Counted from the first letter of the stretch, positions 49,472-59,762 are shown. The stretch is 64,000 nucleotides of DNA from an uncultured Oscillospiraceae bacterium (GCA_964558655.1 CAZLEX010000001.1:15356-79355), one strand, 5' to 3'. Made by a program: numbers and translations. The notes: generated by a model from the letters alone, not told the origin.

Positions 49472-50299
49472 TTATTTCTCCTTGATATATTTGGCAGTCT
49501 CTTTGCGTATCCATTCGCCCCACTCTAAATAGTATTTACCGTAAAGATGTGCATTATCGAAAGTTTTATCAGAAGACAAACACCCGTTTTCATCGTCAAA
49601 AAGGTAATTTGCATCAATGTAAAATATTTTTTCATTATCGGCAAATTTTGCGATTTCTGCATTGAGCATGTTTATTTTTTTATTGTTAATTACTTTATCA
49701 CTGTCCGAACGGTCTTTTGAAAGATGAAGATTGGCTTGAATGAATATAATTGCTTCGGGCTGCTTTTCACTTATAAAATCAACCAGTTGTTTGTATTTAT
49801 TAACTATACTCTGAAAATCATATCCCAATTCGTTAATACCGAGCATTACATATATTTTGCCGTATTTTTTACTGCTTAAAAGTTCTGTTAAGTAAACTTT
49901 TCCCACGCCTTCCACCGAAATGCGATCATCGTAAATATTAAACACACTCATACCGGTATGTGCGAAAAAATCAGCTTCCGTTATATTTGCATATTCATAA
50001 ATTCCGACGGTTCTCGAATCCCCGATAAACAGTGCATCGGTCATGCTTGCCGGAGTAAGCTCTTTTTCATCGTACTCCGGAGTTTGAGGAATGTCTGTAT
50101 CACTTGGAGCGGTAACATTACTGTCTTCCGATTTTTTCGGTATATCCGTGTTAGGTGTCGTGTATGTACTGTCATCTTGACCTATATCCGAAAAATCTTC
50201 CTCTTTGCTTTCGTCTGCTTTTATAAAACGGCTGAAAATCACCACAGCAATAATCATTACGGCAAATGCGGCCAAAGTTATTAAATTTGATTTTTTCAT
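49472..50299 (-). CDS. Membrane-anchored SGNH/GDSL hydrolase-fold protein (PatB/AlgJ-like O-acetyltransferase candidate)
   Basis: TM anchor, low-complexity linker, FIGDSRT (Ser), MLGINE, DNAHL (DxxH). Confidence 0.75.
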   Translation of the reverse strand: MKKSNLITLAAFAVMIIAVVIFSRFIKADESKEEDFSDIGQDDSTYTTPNTDIPKKSEDSNVTAPSDTDIPQTPEYDEKELTPASMTDALFIGDSRTVGIYEYANITEADFFAHTGMSVFNIYDDRISVEGVGKVYLTELLSSKKYGKIYVMLGINELGYDFQSIVNKYKQLVDFISEKQPEAIIFIQANLHLSKDRSDSDKVINNKKINMLNAEIAKFADNEKIFYIDANYLFDDENGCLSSDKTFDNAHLYGKYYLEWGEWIRKETAKYIKEK

Positions 50300-50310
50300 T
50301 TGGTACCTCA

Positions 50311-51705
50311 TTAAAATCTAAAATACAAAAACGGATCGTCAAATCCTCTGTACATACAATAAAGACTTGCAAAAAACACTGTCGCAAGAAATACAAATAT
50401 TATGATGCGATTTTTTATTTTTTTTATAAATTTATAAGGAATTTCGGTTGAAAAAAGCAAGCCTGTAATCAGGAAAGGATAGTACTGCCCTAAATATTTA
50501 AGATAATCATGTCTGAACACCGACCAAACTCCGCCGCCGAAGAAAGGGAAAAGTCTGGTAAAAAAGCAAACAAGGTTTTCAAAATCCGTTATGGCAAACA
50601 GTGCAAAAGACAGCGGTATGACAAATGCCATATATATGTGTCCTATCACACGGTGACGGTTCAGATAATCTCCCAAAAACAGTTTTTCGATAAATATAAG
50701 CAAAAAAAGTACAAAACCCCATAAAAGAAAATTATATCCGGCACCGTGCCATATTCCCGTTAAAATCCAAACGATAAATAAATTTCTTACGGTATTGGCA
50801 AAACCGTGTCGGCTGCCTCCGAGCGGAATATATACATATTCTTTAAACCATGAGCCGAGCGTTATGTGCCAATTTTTCCAAAAATCCGTTACGGTAACGG
50901 TAGTATACGGATGATTGAAATTCTTCGGAAGTTTAAAACCGAGCATTTCTCCAAGTCCTATTGCCATAAGAGAATATCCGAAAAAATCAAGATATATTTG
51001 TAAAGTATAGGCGATAAGTGCGATCCACGCCAGCGGAGTTGATATGCTTTCAAACCCGATCGCCTGCGTTTGAGACCAAAGTTTTCCGAGAGGATTTGCG
51101 AGCAAAACTTTTAAGCCAAGTCCGAATATAAAAATCCCTATTCCGTTGACAGAGCGATGAACGGTTATCTTTCTGTGATTAAGTTCGGCTTTTACAGTGT
51201 CGTAAGTAACAATCGGTCCGGCTATAAGCTGTTCAAACATAGATATGTAAACGGCATAATTCAATAAACTTTTCTCAGCTTTTACTTTTCCTCTGTACAC
51301 ATCGGCTAAATAAGACATTCCCTGAAATGTGTAAAAAGAAATTCCTATGGGTAAAACGATTTGTGCAAATGAAGAAAAATCGTCGGAAATACGGCTCAAT
51401 TCTCCCACAATAAAATTGGCATATTTAAAAATACAGAGACTTATCAAATGAAAAACAACTCCGGCAATCAGTAACGGTTTTCTGATTCCTCTGAATTTTT
51501 CCATTCCGAATCCGACGGCAAAATCCATAATAATGGTTATTACAAAAAGTATAAAATGATACGGAGAATTTATTGTGCCGACAAAATAGAAAACCATACT
51601 GCCCCAAAGCAAAACCGCATTTTTAAAATTAAAGGATACCGAATAATAGCAAACAAAAAATATCGGCATAAATATTAAAACAAATTGTAAGCTGCTGAAA
51701 ACCAT
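50311..51705 (-). CDS. MBOAT family O-acyltransferase (AlgI/PatA/DltB-like)
   Basis: LPIGISFYTFQ, LIAGPIV, DFFGYSLMA, NFNHPY, FKEYVYIPLGG, GIWHG (catalytic His). Confidence 0.93.
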   Translation of the reverse strand: MVFSSLQFVLIFMPIFFVCYYSVSFNFKNAVLLWGSMVFYFVGTINSPYHFILFVITIIMDFAVGFGMEKFRGIRKPLLIAGVVFHLISLCIFKYANFIVGELSRISDDFSSFAQIVLPIGISFYTFQGMSYLADVYRGKVKAEKSLLNYAVYISMFEQLIAGPIVTYDTVKAELNHRKITVHRSVNGIGIFIFGLGLKVLLANPLGKLWSQTQAIGFESISTPLAWIALIAYTLQIYLDFFGYSLMAIGLGEMLGFKLPKNFNHPYTTVTVTDFWKNWHITLGSWFKEYVYIPLGGSRHGFANTVRNLFIVWILTGIWHGAGYNFLLWGFVLFLLIFIEKLFLGDYLNRHRVIGHIYMAFVIPLSFALFAITDFENLVCFFTRLFPFFGGGVWSVFRHDYLKYLGQYYPFLITGLLFSTEIPYKFIKKIKNRIIIFVFLATVFFASLYCMYRGFDDPFLYFRF

Positions 51706-51763
51706 TTCGGTATCCTCCGTTTCTTCATCTGATATACAGACGAAACAAAACAGTAAAAGGTGA

Positions 51764-52744
51764 CTATTTTATTTGTCTGAATTTAATTTTTATATTAAAT
51801 TTACTTTCGAGATATATTATATTTTCTTTCTTGTATCCCACATTTGCTGATATTTCACGGGACGGAACAAAAATTTCCACAGTATCTCCCTCTTTAAAAT
51901 TCACCCCATTCAGATATCTTTCGAGTTCGTCACGCTTATCGCGGGAAATAACTCTCTCTCCCCACGATTCGTCATAAATACTTACGGCATCATCACCTCT
52001 CACGCCTTCGGAGGAACATAAACCGATTCTGAGAATCTTTACATTACTTTCTTTGAATATGCGATATACGGCGAGAGTTCTTTCGATGCTTTCTTCGAGA
52101 GTTAGAGGAGTAAACTCACCGGACTGCATAATTTCGGCAAGACCGGTTTCTTTGAAAACGACCGTAGGATAAATTCTTGCGGATTCCGCTTTACATTCAA
52201 CAATTTTTTTGGCTGTGCAAATTTCGCTTTCGGAATTTGCACCGTACATTCCCGTCATCATCTGACCGGTAAGACGAAAAGAATGGGAAACCACTCTTTT
52301 CATTGCTTCTATTGCACATTCGGCATTATGCCCGCGTGCATTTCCGATTAGGACCGAATCGTCAAGAGACTGTATTCCGAGCTCTATATCTTCAACATAG
52401 TGTTTTGAAAGAATATCCAAAATTTCTTCGCTTACCGCATCGGGACGGGTGGAGAGGCGTACACTTTTTACACAGCCTTTTTCGACATATTCATCGGAAA
52501 TTTTAAGAAGTGCAAGCATAAGCTCCCTTTCTATAGCCGTAAAACTTCCTCCGAAAAAAGCTATCTGTACATCATAATCGCTCGGTATCGTCGATAAACA
52601 CGCATCTATTTCGCTTCTAACAGTATCAATCGAAAAACGGCTTTTGCCGGAAATTTTCCTTTGATTGCAAAACAGGCAGGTATTGGGACACCCTTCATGC
52701 GGAACAAATATGGGAATCGAACAATGTTTTACGCTCTTTTCCAT
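51764..52744 (-). CDS. Radical SAM protein (Elp3/HemN-like)
   Basis: IFVPHEGCPNTCLFCNQ (CxxxCxxC), FFGGSFTA, STRPD, ELGIQS. Confidence 0.85.
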   Translation of the reverse strand: MEKSVKHCSIPIFVPHEGCPNTCLFCNQRKISGKSRFSIDTVRSEIDACLSTIPSDYDVQIAFFGGSFTAIERELMLALLKISDEYVEKGCVKSVRLSTRPDAVSEEILDILSKHYVEDIELGIQSLDDSVLIGNARGHNAECAIEAMKRVVSHSFRLTGQMMTGMYGANSESEICTAKKIVECKAESARIYPTVVFKETGLAEIMQSGEFTPLTLEESIERTLAVYRIFKESNVKILRIGLCSSEGVRGDDAVSIYDESWGERVISRDKRDELERYLNGVNFKEGDTVEIFVPSREISANVGYKKENIIYLESKFNIKIKFRQIK

Positions 52745-54123
52745 TTTGTCCCGTCCGCTGTATCTTCGAGAATTATTCCGCGTTTTTTGAGTTCGTCACG
52801 AATTTTATCGGCAGTGGCAAAATCACGGATTTTTTTGGCTTCGCTTCTTTTTGCTACGAGTGCGTCTATTTCGTCATCATCTTCTTTTCTTTCTTCTATC
52901 GGTGCAAGGAATCCCAAAAGTCCGGCGAGTTCTTCCCAGAGAGAAAGGATTTTCAAAGTTTCGTTTTTATTCAAATTTGCTTTTGAAATCAATATATTCA
53001 CCGCACGGCAAAGTTCAAAAAGCACAGAAACAGCATCGGCAGTATTAAAATCATTGTCGAGAACTTCAATAAATTTATTTCTGAAAGAATCGAGCACTTC
53101 CACTTCTTTTGAAATATCGGTGCCTTCAACGGCCGTATTTACCGTATTGCGTATTGCATTTTCACAGTTATAAAGACGCTCAAGAGAGGCTTTGGCTGAT
53201 GAAAGGCTTTCCGAAGTGAAGTTTATGGGGCTTCTGTAATGAGAAGAAATCAAGAAAAATCTTATTGAGGGATACCCGTATTTTTCCGCCGCATCACGCA
53301 CTGTAAAAAAGTTTCCGAGTGATTTTGACATTTTCCTGTTATCCACATTAATATATCCGTTATGCAAAAATACACGGCAAAACGGAACTCCGAAAGCCGC
53401 TTCTGATTGTGCGATTTCGTTTTCGTGATGAGGGAATGTCAAATCTTGTCCTCCGCAATGAATATCTATGGTTTTTCCAAGATATTTATCGACCATTGCG
53501 GAACATTCTATATGCCAGCCGGGTCTGCCTTTGCCCCACGGTGATTCCCAATACGGTTCACCGTCCTTATAAGCTTTCCAAAGTGCAAAGTCAAGCGGAT
53601 CGCGTTTGATTTCGTCAACATCTATTCTTGCACCGCTTTCCAAATCGTCAATATTAAATCCGCCGAGTTTTCCGTAAGATTTGAAGGACCGTGCCGAATA
53701 ATACACATCTCCGTTAGGTGCGGGATATGCGTAACCTTTTTCGACCAATTTTTCGATAATTGATATTATTTCATTCATGTTTTCCGTTGCTCTCGGATGA
53801 AATGTTGCGGGATTAATTCCCAAACCGCGTGCATCGGTAAAATATTCATCGATATATTTTTGTGCAATTTCCTGTACGGTGGTTTTTTCTTCGTTCGCTC
53901 TTTTTATCATTTTATCGTCGATATCGGTAAAATTTTGAACAAAAACTACTTTATTGCCGCGATATTCGAGATATCGGCGTAAAAGGTCGAAAACGACAAA
54001 ACAACGGGCGTTGCCTATATGAAAATAATTGTAAACGGTTGGACCGCAAGCATACATACGCACGGTATTGTCTTTAATCTCAAAGTTTTCGGTGGTTTTG
54101 GTAAGTGAATTGTAAAATCTCAT
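52729..54123 (-). CDS. cysS: Cysteine-tRNA ligase
   Basis: [44 protein letters not shown]. Confidence 0.98.
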   Translation of the reverse strand: MRFYNSLTKTTENFEIKDNTVRMYACGPTVYNYFHIGNARCFVVFDLLRRYLEYRGNKVVFVQNFTDIDDKMIKRANEEKTTVQEIAQKYIDEYFTDARGLGINPATFHPRATENMNEIISIIEKLVEKGYAYPAPNGDVYYSARSFKSYGKLGGFNIDDLESGARIDVDEIKRDPLDFALWKAYKDGEPYWESPWGKGRPGWHIECSAMVDKYLGKTIDIHCGGQDLTFPHHENEIAQSEAAFGVPFCRVFLHNGYINVDNRKMSKSLGNFFTVRDAAEKYGYPSIRFFLISSHYRSPINFTSESLSSAKASLERLYNCENAIRNTVNTAVEGTDISKEVEVLDSFRNKFIEVLDNDFNTADAVSVLFELCRAVNILISKANLNKNETLKILSLWEELAGLLGFLAPIEERKEDDDEIDALVAKRSEAKKIRDFATADKIRDELKKRGIILEDTADGTKWKRA

Positions 54124-54746
54124 TTTTTGTCTCCTTTCAATTCTTCAATTGTTTTTTTCAAATTATCTATCTCGCTCTGAAGTCGGCAAAATTCCTGAGA
54201 GATGGGATCCGGAATATGTATCTGATCCATATCTTCTTTTTTTCCTCCTCTGCGGACAATTCTTGCAGGCACACCGACTGCGGTGCAATTATCGGGAATT
54301 TCGGTCAGTACAACCGCACCTGCTGCTATTTTGACATTATTTCCTACTACAAAAGGTCCGAGTACTTTAGCTCCGGAACCTATCAGCACATTGTTTCCGA
54401 TGGTCGGGTGACGCTTTCCGGTATCTTTCCCGGTACCGCCGAGAGTAACTCCCTGATAAATCGTACAGTCATCGCCTATTTCTGTGGTTTCTCCTATAAC
54501 TACACCCGTACCGTGATCGATAAAAAGTCCTCTGCCGATAATCGCTCCGGGATGTATTTCAATTCCGGTTAAAAATTTTGAAAATTGAGAAATCGCTCTT
54601 GCCAAAAAGAAAAAATGTATTTTATAAAAAAAATGTGCTATTCTGTGATTAATAAGAGCGTGAAATCCAGAATAAAGTAAAATTATTTCTATGTACGAGC
54701 GTGCGGCGGGATCACGACGCCGTATTGCCTTCAAGTCTTTAATCAT
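54120..54746 (-). CDS. cysE: Serine O-acetyltransferase
   Basis: [40 protein letters not shown] 54746 follows GGAGG. Confidence 0.96.
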   Translation of the reverse strand: MIKDLKAIRRRDPAARSYIEIILLYSGFHALINHRIAHFFYKIHFFFLARAISQFSKFLTGIEIHPGAIIGRGLFIDHGTGVVIGETTEIGDDCTIYQGVTLGGTGKDTGKRHPTIGNNVLIGSGAKVLGPFVVGNNVKIAAGAVVLTEIPDNCTAVGVPARIVRRGGKKEDMDQIHIPDPISQEFCRLQSEIDNLKKTIEELKGDKK

Positions 54747-54807
54747 TTTTACCTCCGATTTATAAAATCTTCCAATTATATTATATATAAGCATTTCTTT
54801 TCGTGAT

Positions 54808-54990
54808 AAAAAAACGCCTCTCGCACTTATGCAAGAGGCGCAAGAGTTTGCGCGGTTCCACTCTCATTTATTACTTTTTCGGCTCAAAGTGCCACTTGCG
54901 GACGCACTTTCAGCGATTCCCTAAAAAACGGCTCTCAGCAACGCCGTTCTCTCTGTTTTTAAAAGATTCGTTTACTCTTTCCGAATGTTT
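54808..54990 (-). ncRNA. T-box riboswitch with Cys (UGC) specifier
   Basis: AGUA and GAA loop-E strands, AG box CAGAGAG, GCUGAGA distal loop, UGC at 54906-54904, T-box GAGUGGAACCGCG (54863-54851), terminator 54840-54815 plus U7. Confidence 0.88.
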
Positions 54991-55025
54991 ACACACCTGG
55001 CAACTTGTTATATTAACTTTCACTC

Positions 55026-55054
55026 ATTTTAACATATAAAATTGCTCTCGTCAA
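55026..55054 (-). promoter_or_regulatory. SigA promoter of the cysE-cysS T-box leader
   Basis: TTGACG, 17 nt, TAAAAT. Confidence 0.7.
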
Positions 55055-55392
55055 GCATTGCTTTATACGAAAATTCGTATTCAAAAAATGAATTTATTTT
55101 CAAAAAATCACAACATATTGTGCTTTTGATTGCATTTTTTTCAAAAAAATCATATTTCCCTCTGAGATTTTGAATGTTAAGTTCTATATGCTTCCTAAAA
55201 TTTTAGCATTTTGTGCAAAATCAAGCGATTAATTTTATGCAATTTGCTAAAAGTTTTTAAAATATCTTACGATATTTAGTAATAAAAAGAATGTTTTTTA
55301 AGTTTTTATCCCGGAAAGCGAAAATTTTTTCTAAGACATACGAATTTTTGCAATTTGATTTTTATTTTAATTTGTGATATAATCCCCTGTGC

Positions 55393-57084
55393 GTGAAAAT
55401 TTACGACACTTACAAAAAAGGAGGCTTTGGAACTGTGGCATTCGATGAAGAACTCGATTCCGTATCAAAAGAGGCGGAATTCACGGCTGTATGTGAAAAA
55501 GTTTCCGATGGAAAAAGGAAAAAGGTCGGTCATTTCAAAATTTGCAGAAATTCCGGGCTTTCCCGTATAGATTCGCTCTTTTCCTGCTTGTATTTGAATT
55601 CGTGTAAAAAATCGGGACGCGGCATAAAGCTTCTTGAAAAGCTTGCTGTACCGCTGTCAAAAATATCTTCTACCGCTCTTTGTAAAAAGTATAAAAAAAG
55701 AATCGGGATTTTTTCAGACTCTTCAACGGAGATTGTCGGAAATATAGTGAAATTTTTTAGAAAGAGACCGCTGGAAACGCTTTCTTGCGTCCTTACAATT
55801 GTTTTTGCATTGCTCGTGTACAGTCATAATGCGCAGACTGCCGTTTATGAAGTTTATATAGACGGTGTCAGTGTAGGTTCGGTAGATGACATATCCGTAC
55901 TTAATTCGGCAAAAAGCCGTGCCGAGAAGCATATAACGGATATCACAGGTCTTTCTTATAATCTTCCCTGTACAATTTCTTATGCTCTTTCGGACAGCCG
56001 CTCGTCTACGCTTGATGAAGAAAATTTGTACAAAATGTTCAGTACTTACACTTCGGACGAAATTTGTTACGGTTGGGGACTTTATGTTGACGGCGAAGAA
56101 ATTGCCGTCTTAACGGACCGCGAAGATATTACATCTGTTTTCCTTGAACTTGAGCAAAAATATTATGAAAAAACGGGCAACGATGCCTCAATTGCCAATA
56201 CGGTAAATATATGTTACGATGAGTTTGATGCCGATAGCATTATTTCTCGCGAAGATCTGATGACGCTTTTGATAAGTTCCGAAACTTCTGTTGAAAATGA
56301 CACTCCGTCAACTCTTCTCGCGTCTGATACGGTTTCAACCTATACACTTCCTGCTGTGGAAACTCCCGATACACCGGTAAATGAAGACGGGCAAAAGAAA
56401 AATATTTCTTCGGTTGTTATAAGCTATGAAGTAGTTACTTTTGAAACTGTGCGGGAAACATTGCCGTATGAGACTCATTATATCGAAGACAGTTCGTTGT
56501 TTAAAGGACAGACAAAAGTATCAAAATACGGTTATAACGGTCAAGCTAATGTGACTTATGCGGTATCAAGTATTGATGATGAAGAAATATCCAGAGAAGT
56601 TGTCTCTGTTTCTACCGTTTATGAACCTATTACGGAAATTGTTAAAGTCGGTACCCGTGACCTTCCCGAAAAGATGTCGGAAGATGTTACTGACGGAAAG
56701 TATATGATACTTCCGGTTGCCGATGCTTATATTTCCGACAGGTACGGTTCCCGAATTCTTAACGGTAAGAGCGACTATCATTACGGTCTCGACCTTGCCG
56801 CAAATGCAGGCACTCAAATTTATGCCGCCGCTTCGGGTACGGTAATTTATGCACAGTATAATTCCTCTTTCGGAAACTGTGTTAAGATTCAGCATCCCGA
56901 CGGAGTAATATCGCTTTATGCTCATTGCAGTTCTCTTTCGGTAGAGGTGGGAGAGGTTGTCGAACAGGGACAGCCGATAGCGAAAGTCGGGAACACAGGT
57001 TACTCTTTCGGTAATCACTGTCATATGGAAGTTATTGTAGACGGGGAACGAGTGAATCCGGAGCTTTATATTTATACCGAATAA
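55393..57084 (+). CDS. Membrane-anchored M23 family peptidoglycan endopeptidase with G5 domain
   Basis: One TM, G5-like ETLPYET..GYNGQ..EIVKVGT, M23 motifs HYGLD and HCH. Start uncertain (GTG). Confidence 0.85.
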   Translation: MKIYDTYKKGGFGTVAFDEELDSVSKEAEFTAVCEKVSDGKRKKVGHFKICRNSGLSRIDSLFSCLYLNSCKKSGRGIKLLEKLAVPLSKISSTALCKKYKKRIGIFSDSSTEIVGNIVKFFRKRPLETLSCVLTIVFALLVYSHNAQTAVYEVYIDGVSVGSVDDISVLNSAKSRAEKHITDITGLSYNLPCTISYALSDSRSSTLDEENLYKMFSTYTSDEICYGWGLYVDGEEIAVLTDREDITSVFLELEQKYYEKTGNDASIANTVNICYDEFDADSIISREDLMTLLISSETSVENDTPSTLLASDTVSTYTLPAVETPDTPVNEDGQKKNISSVVISYEVVTFETVRETLPYETHYIEDSSLFKGQTKVSKYGYNGQANVTYAVSSIDDEEISREVVSVSTVYEPITEIVKVGTRDLPEKMSEDVTDGKYMILPVADAYISDRYGSRILNGKSDYHYGLDLAANAGTQIYAAASGTVIYAQYNSSFGNCVKIQHPDGVISLYAHCSSLSVEVGEVVEQGQPIAKVGNTGYSFGNHCHMEVIVDGERVNPELYIYTE

Positions 57085-57111
57085 ATACATTTTTACTTTT
57101 TATATTGTGAT

Positions 57112-57146
57112 GAAAACGGGCTGTCTCACTTTTTAGTGAGACAGCC
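57112..57146. repeat. Palindromic repeat copy L (bidirectional terminator)
   Basis: GGCTGTCTCACT-TTTT-AGTGAGACAGCC, a perfect 12-bp stem; near-identical to 57909-57948. Confidence 0.8.
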
Positions 57147-57179
57147 TTAAATTTTTATGCAAAACGGTATTATGTAAAA

Positions 57180-57500
57180 TTATTTATTATCTGAACGGCA
57201 GAGCAATAAGATGCCTCCGATAAGACTGACAAAAAGCATTGAACAAACCTTAAGTCCCGTACCAATCGGCTCATTCCTTTTCATTTTGTTGCAAACCGAT
57301 ATTGTTATCGGCAAACACCATGCGAGCGGAAGCAGTAACCACCCCTGACCGATGCAACCCAAAATAAGAAAAACTTTACTTGCTACTCCTAATCCGTCAT
57401 TGCCTCCTTTTCCATTTTTTTCAGACGCAGGAGAACCGCAATTCGGACACATCACAGCATCATCGGCAATTTGCTTTCCGCAACTTTGACAAAATTTCAT
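57180..57500 (-). CDS. Zinc-ribbon membrane protein
   Basis: CQSCG..MCPNCG followed by hydrophobic helices. Confidence 0.8.
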   Translation of the reverse strand: MKFCQSCGKQIADDAVMCPNCGSPASEKNGKGGNDGLGVASKVFLILGCIGQGWLLLPLAWCLPITISVCNKMKRNEPIGTGLKVCSMLFVSLIGGILLLCRSDNK

Positions 57501-57545
57501 ACTTAATACTCCTTTTAAAATAATATGTCAGAATTTGACATAAGT

Positions 57546-57592
57546 ATTATACTCAATCTTTGAGTATTTGTCAACACTCAATTTATGAGTAT
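57546..57592 (-). promoter_or_regulatory. Consensus promoter of the zinc-ribbon gene overlapped by two 19-bp operator-like palindromes
   Basis: TTGACA (57574-57569), 17 nt, TATAAT (57551-57546); ATACTCAA-TCT-TTGAGTAT (57549-67) and ACACTCAA-TTT-ATGAGTAT (57574-92). Confidence 0.75.
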
Positions 57593-57630
57593 TATAAAAT
57601 AAAACCATCTTTTATTCAGGGGTGGTTGTA

Positions 57631-57867
57631 ATGGATTACAGAACAAGAATTAGAAATGTCCGTGAGGATAGAGATTTTACGCAGGCGGAAATCGGCAAGC
57701 TTCTTCAAAAATCACAGCAAGGATATAATCATATAGAAACAGGCAGGGCAGAATTAAAAATCGAGGATTTAGCAAAACTTTGTAAATTTTACGATATAAC
57801 AGCCGATTACCTAATCGGAATAATCGATGAACCTAAACCGTTAAAAACAAACTGCAAAAAATCTTAA
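57631..57867 (+). CDS. XRE-family HTH transcriptional regulator
   Basis: RIRNVREDRDFTQAEIG..YNHIETG..LAKLCKFY..ADYLIG. Confidence 0.88.
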   Translation: MDYRTRIRNVREDRDFTQAEIGKLLQKSQQGYNHIETGRAELKIEDLAKLCKFYDITADYLIGIIDEPKPLKTNCKKS

Positions 57868-57908
57868 AATTTCATTTAAAACAAATATCGAATTCAAAGC
57901 AAAAATCA

Positions 57909-57948
57909 GAAAACGGTCTGTCTCACTTTTTGTGAAACAGACCGTTTT
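57909..57948. repeat. Palindromic repeat copy R (bidirectional terminator)
   Basis: AAAACGGTCTGTCTCAC-TTTTT-GTGAAACAGACCGTTTT, 17-bp stem with one mismatch. Confidence 0.8.
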
Positions 57949-57972
57949 TAAAAAACAGATATTGTTATATTT

Positions 57973-58791
57973 TTAAAACTTAATTTTTCCGTGTTCAATA
58001 TCTTTGATAATTTGTGATATTGCACTTTCTTCGTTTGACACGGTAACAACATCGGAGGAGGCTTTTGCGGCAGCTGATGCATTTGCCACAGCTATTCCCA
58101 CTCCCGCTTCTTCAAACATTGAAATGTCATTATCGTTATCGCCGACAGCGATTGTTTTTTCGGGAGAAACATTTAAAAATTCAGCAATTTTGGATAGAAG
58201 TTTTCCCTTTCCGATACCCTGCGGTAAAATTTCATAATAGTTTATATCGGAACGGATAAATTGGAATTTTTCGGTAAATTTTCCGTTGGACAAATCATTT
58301 ATAAGTATGTCGAGATTATCGGGAGTATCTGCAAACAAAATTTTTGAGATATCACCTTCAAACGAATCCAAATCGGTTTGCTTAAAAGGAAGATTTTCGT
58401 TTTTCAAATGAGTAAGTACGGAGTTATTGGGACTGACAACCAAAATTTCTTTATTTGTATTAATTTCAATTCCGATGTTCGAATATTTTTCTTTTACATA
58501 TCTTACCGGTTCCAGAACTGCTTTTTCCAAACATACCGACCAAAGTATACATTGATTTTTCACATCGTAAACAAATCCGCCGTTTCCGCACCCAATGGGA
58601 GCATTAACATTCACAATGTCAAGTATCCGTGACAACGCATAAGGCATACGCCCCGTTATAACGGTAAAATAACCGCCTTCTTTCATAAAATAATCAATGG
58701 CACAAAGATTTTCGGCAGATATGGATTTGTCTTTTTTTAGCAATGTTCCGTCAAGATCCGATGCCAATAAAATACCGTCAAATTTTCCCAT
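57973..58791 (-). CDS. Cof-type HAD-IIB hydrolase
   Basis: SDLDGTLL, ITGR, YEILPQGIGKG, AVGDNDND. Confidence 0.93.
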   Translation of the reverse strand: MGKFDGILLASDLDGTLLKKDKSISAENLCAIDYFMKEGGYFTVITGRMPYALSRILDIVNVNAPIGCGNGGFVYDVKNQCILWSVCLEKAVLEPVRYVKEKYSNIGIEINTNKEILVVSPNNSVLTHLKNENLPFKQTDLDSFEGDISKILFADTPDNLDILINDLSNGKFTEKFQFIRSDINYYEILPQGIGKGKLLSKIAEFLNVSPEKTIAVGDNDNDISMFEEAGVGIAVANASAAAKASSDVVTVSNEESAISQIIKDIEHGKIKF

Positions 58792-58922
58792 ATAAACCTC
58801 CTGTCAAAACACTGTCATTATATAACACTTTTAAAAATAATTCAACATTTTTAATATAAAAGCTTGAAAAGGCTTTTTTCGTGTATTATAATATGATTAC
58901 AAAAATAACGGAGGTGTTTAGG

Positions 58923-59762
58923 TTGTTGATAACTCATGATTTTCACATTCACACCAAACTTTCGGTATGTGCGGGAGAAAACGGAGGAACTCTTCGAGGG
59001 TACCTGGATCAAGCCGAAAAATTAGGATTGAAAAAATTGGGTTTTGCCAATCATTTTTGGGACTCTGCTGTCGGATTTGACGGTCTCTATGTTGACAGTG
59101 TACAAAAAGACGGTGTACCTTATTTTTATAAAACTCAAAATTTTGAACATATTTACAAATTGAAAGAAGAAATAGACAATACGGACACCGGAAATATTAC
59201 GGTCCTTTTCGGTGCCGAAGGCGAATACGATCCGGTAAATCACTCAGTGGCGATTACCGAAAAAGTTGCCGAACAGCTCGATTTTTTGATTGTTCCGCAT
59301 TCTCACACTCATATGATGATGGATAAAAAGCTTTATAAGCCGAGAGAAGCACACCGCGATTTTATGGTAAAAGCTTTCGAAGAAATTGTCACCTGTCCGA
59401 TGTCGAAGTATGTCGACGCCATCGCACACCCTTTTGCACCGGTCGGAGTTTCTCTCGAAGAAGAAATTCTTATTATAGCGTGCATCGAAAACGATATATT
59501 TAAGCGTATTTTTACTCTTTGTGCCGAAAAAGAAATTGCGTTGGAGTTTAATTCATCGGCAATGGCAAGAGTTTTTGACAGTACAGACAATCCGGAAGAA
59601 TATATGCGTATGTTTTCAATCGCCAAAGAGTGCGGTTGTAAATTTTCATTCGGAAGTGACGCTCACAGCGAAATATGGCAAACACGGCATATTGAAATTG
59701 CCCAAAAATGTGTGGAAAAATTCGGTATTACCGAAAACGATATTGCTGAGTTTGTAAAATAA
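58923..59762 (+). CDS. PHP-domain phosphoesterase
   Basis: HDFHIHT, FANH, GAEGE, IAHP, EFNS, FGSDAH. TTG 58923 follows GGAGG; promoter TTGAAA-17-TATAAT at 58864-58892. Confidence 0.85.
   Translation: MLITHDFHIHTKLSVCAGENGGTLRGYLDQAEKLGLKKLGFANHFWDSAVGFDGLYVDSVQKDGVPYFYKTQNFEHIYKLKEEIDNTDTGNITVLFGAEGEYDPVNHSVAITEKVAEQLDFLIVPHSHTHMMMDKKLYKPREAHRDFMVKAFEEIVTCPMSKYVDAIAHPFAPVGVSLEEEILIIACIENDIFKRIFTLCAEKEIALEFNSSAMARVFDSTDNPEEYMRMFSIAKECGCKFSFGSDAHSEIWQTRHIEIAQKCVEKFGITENDIAEFVK

Noticed and set aside
55081-55392. c-di-AMP or c-di-GMP riboswitch before the M23 peptidase
   Set aside because: No ydaO or GEMM consensus elements were seen; the region is simply AT-rich.
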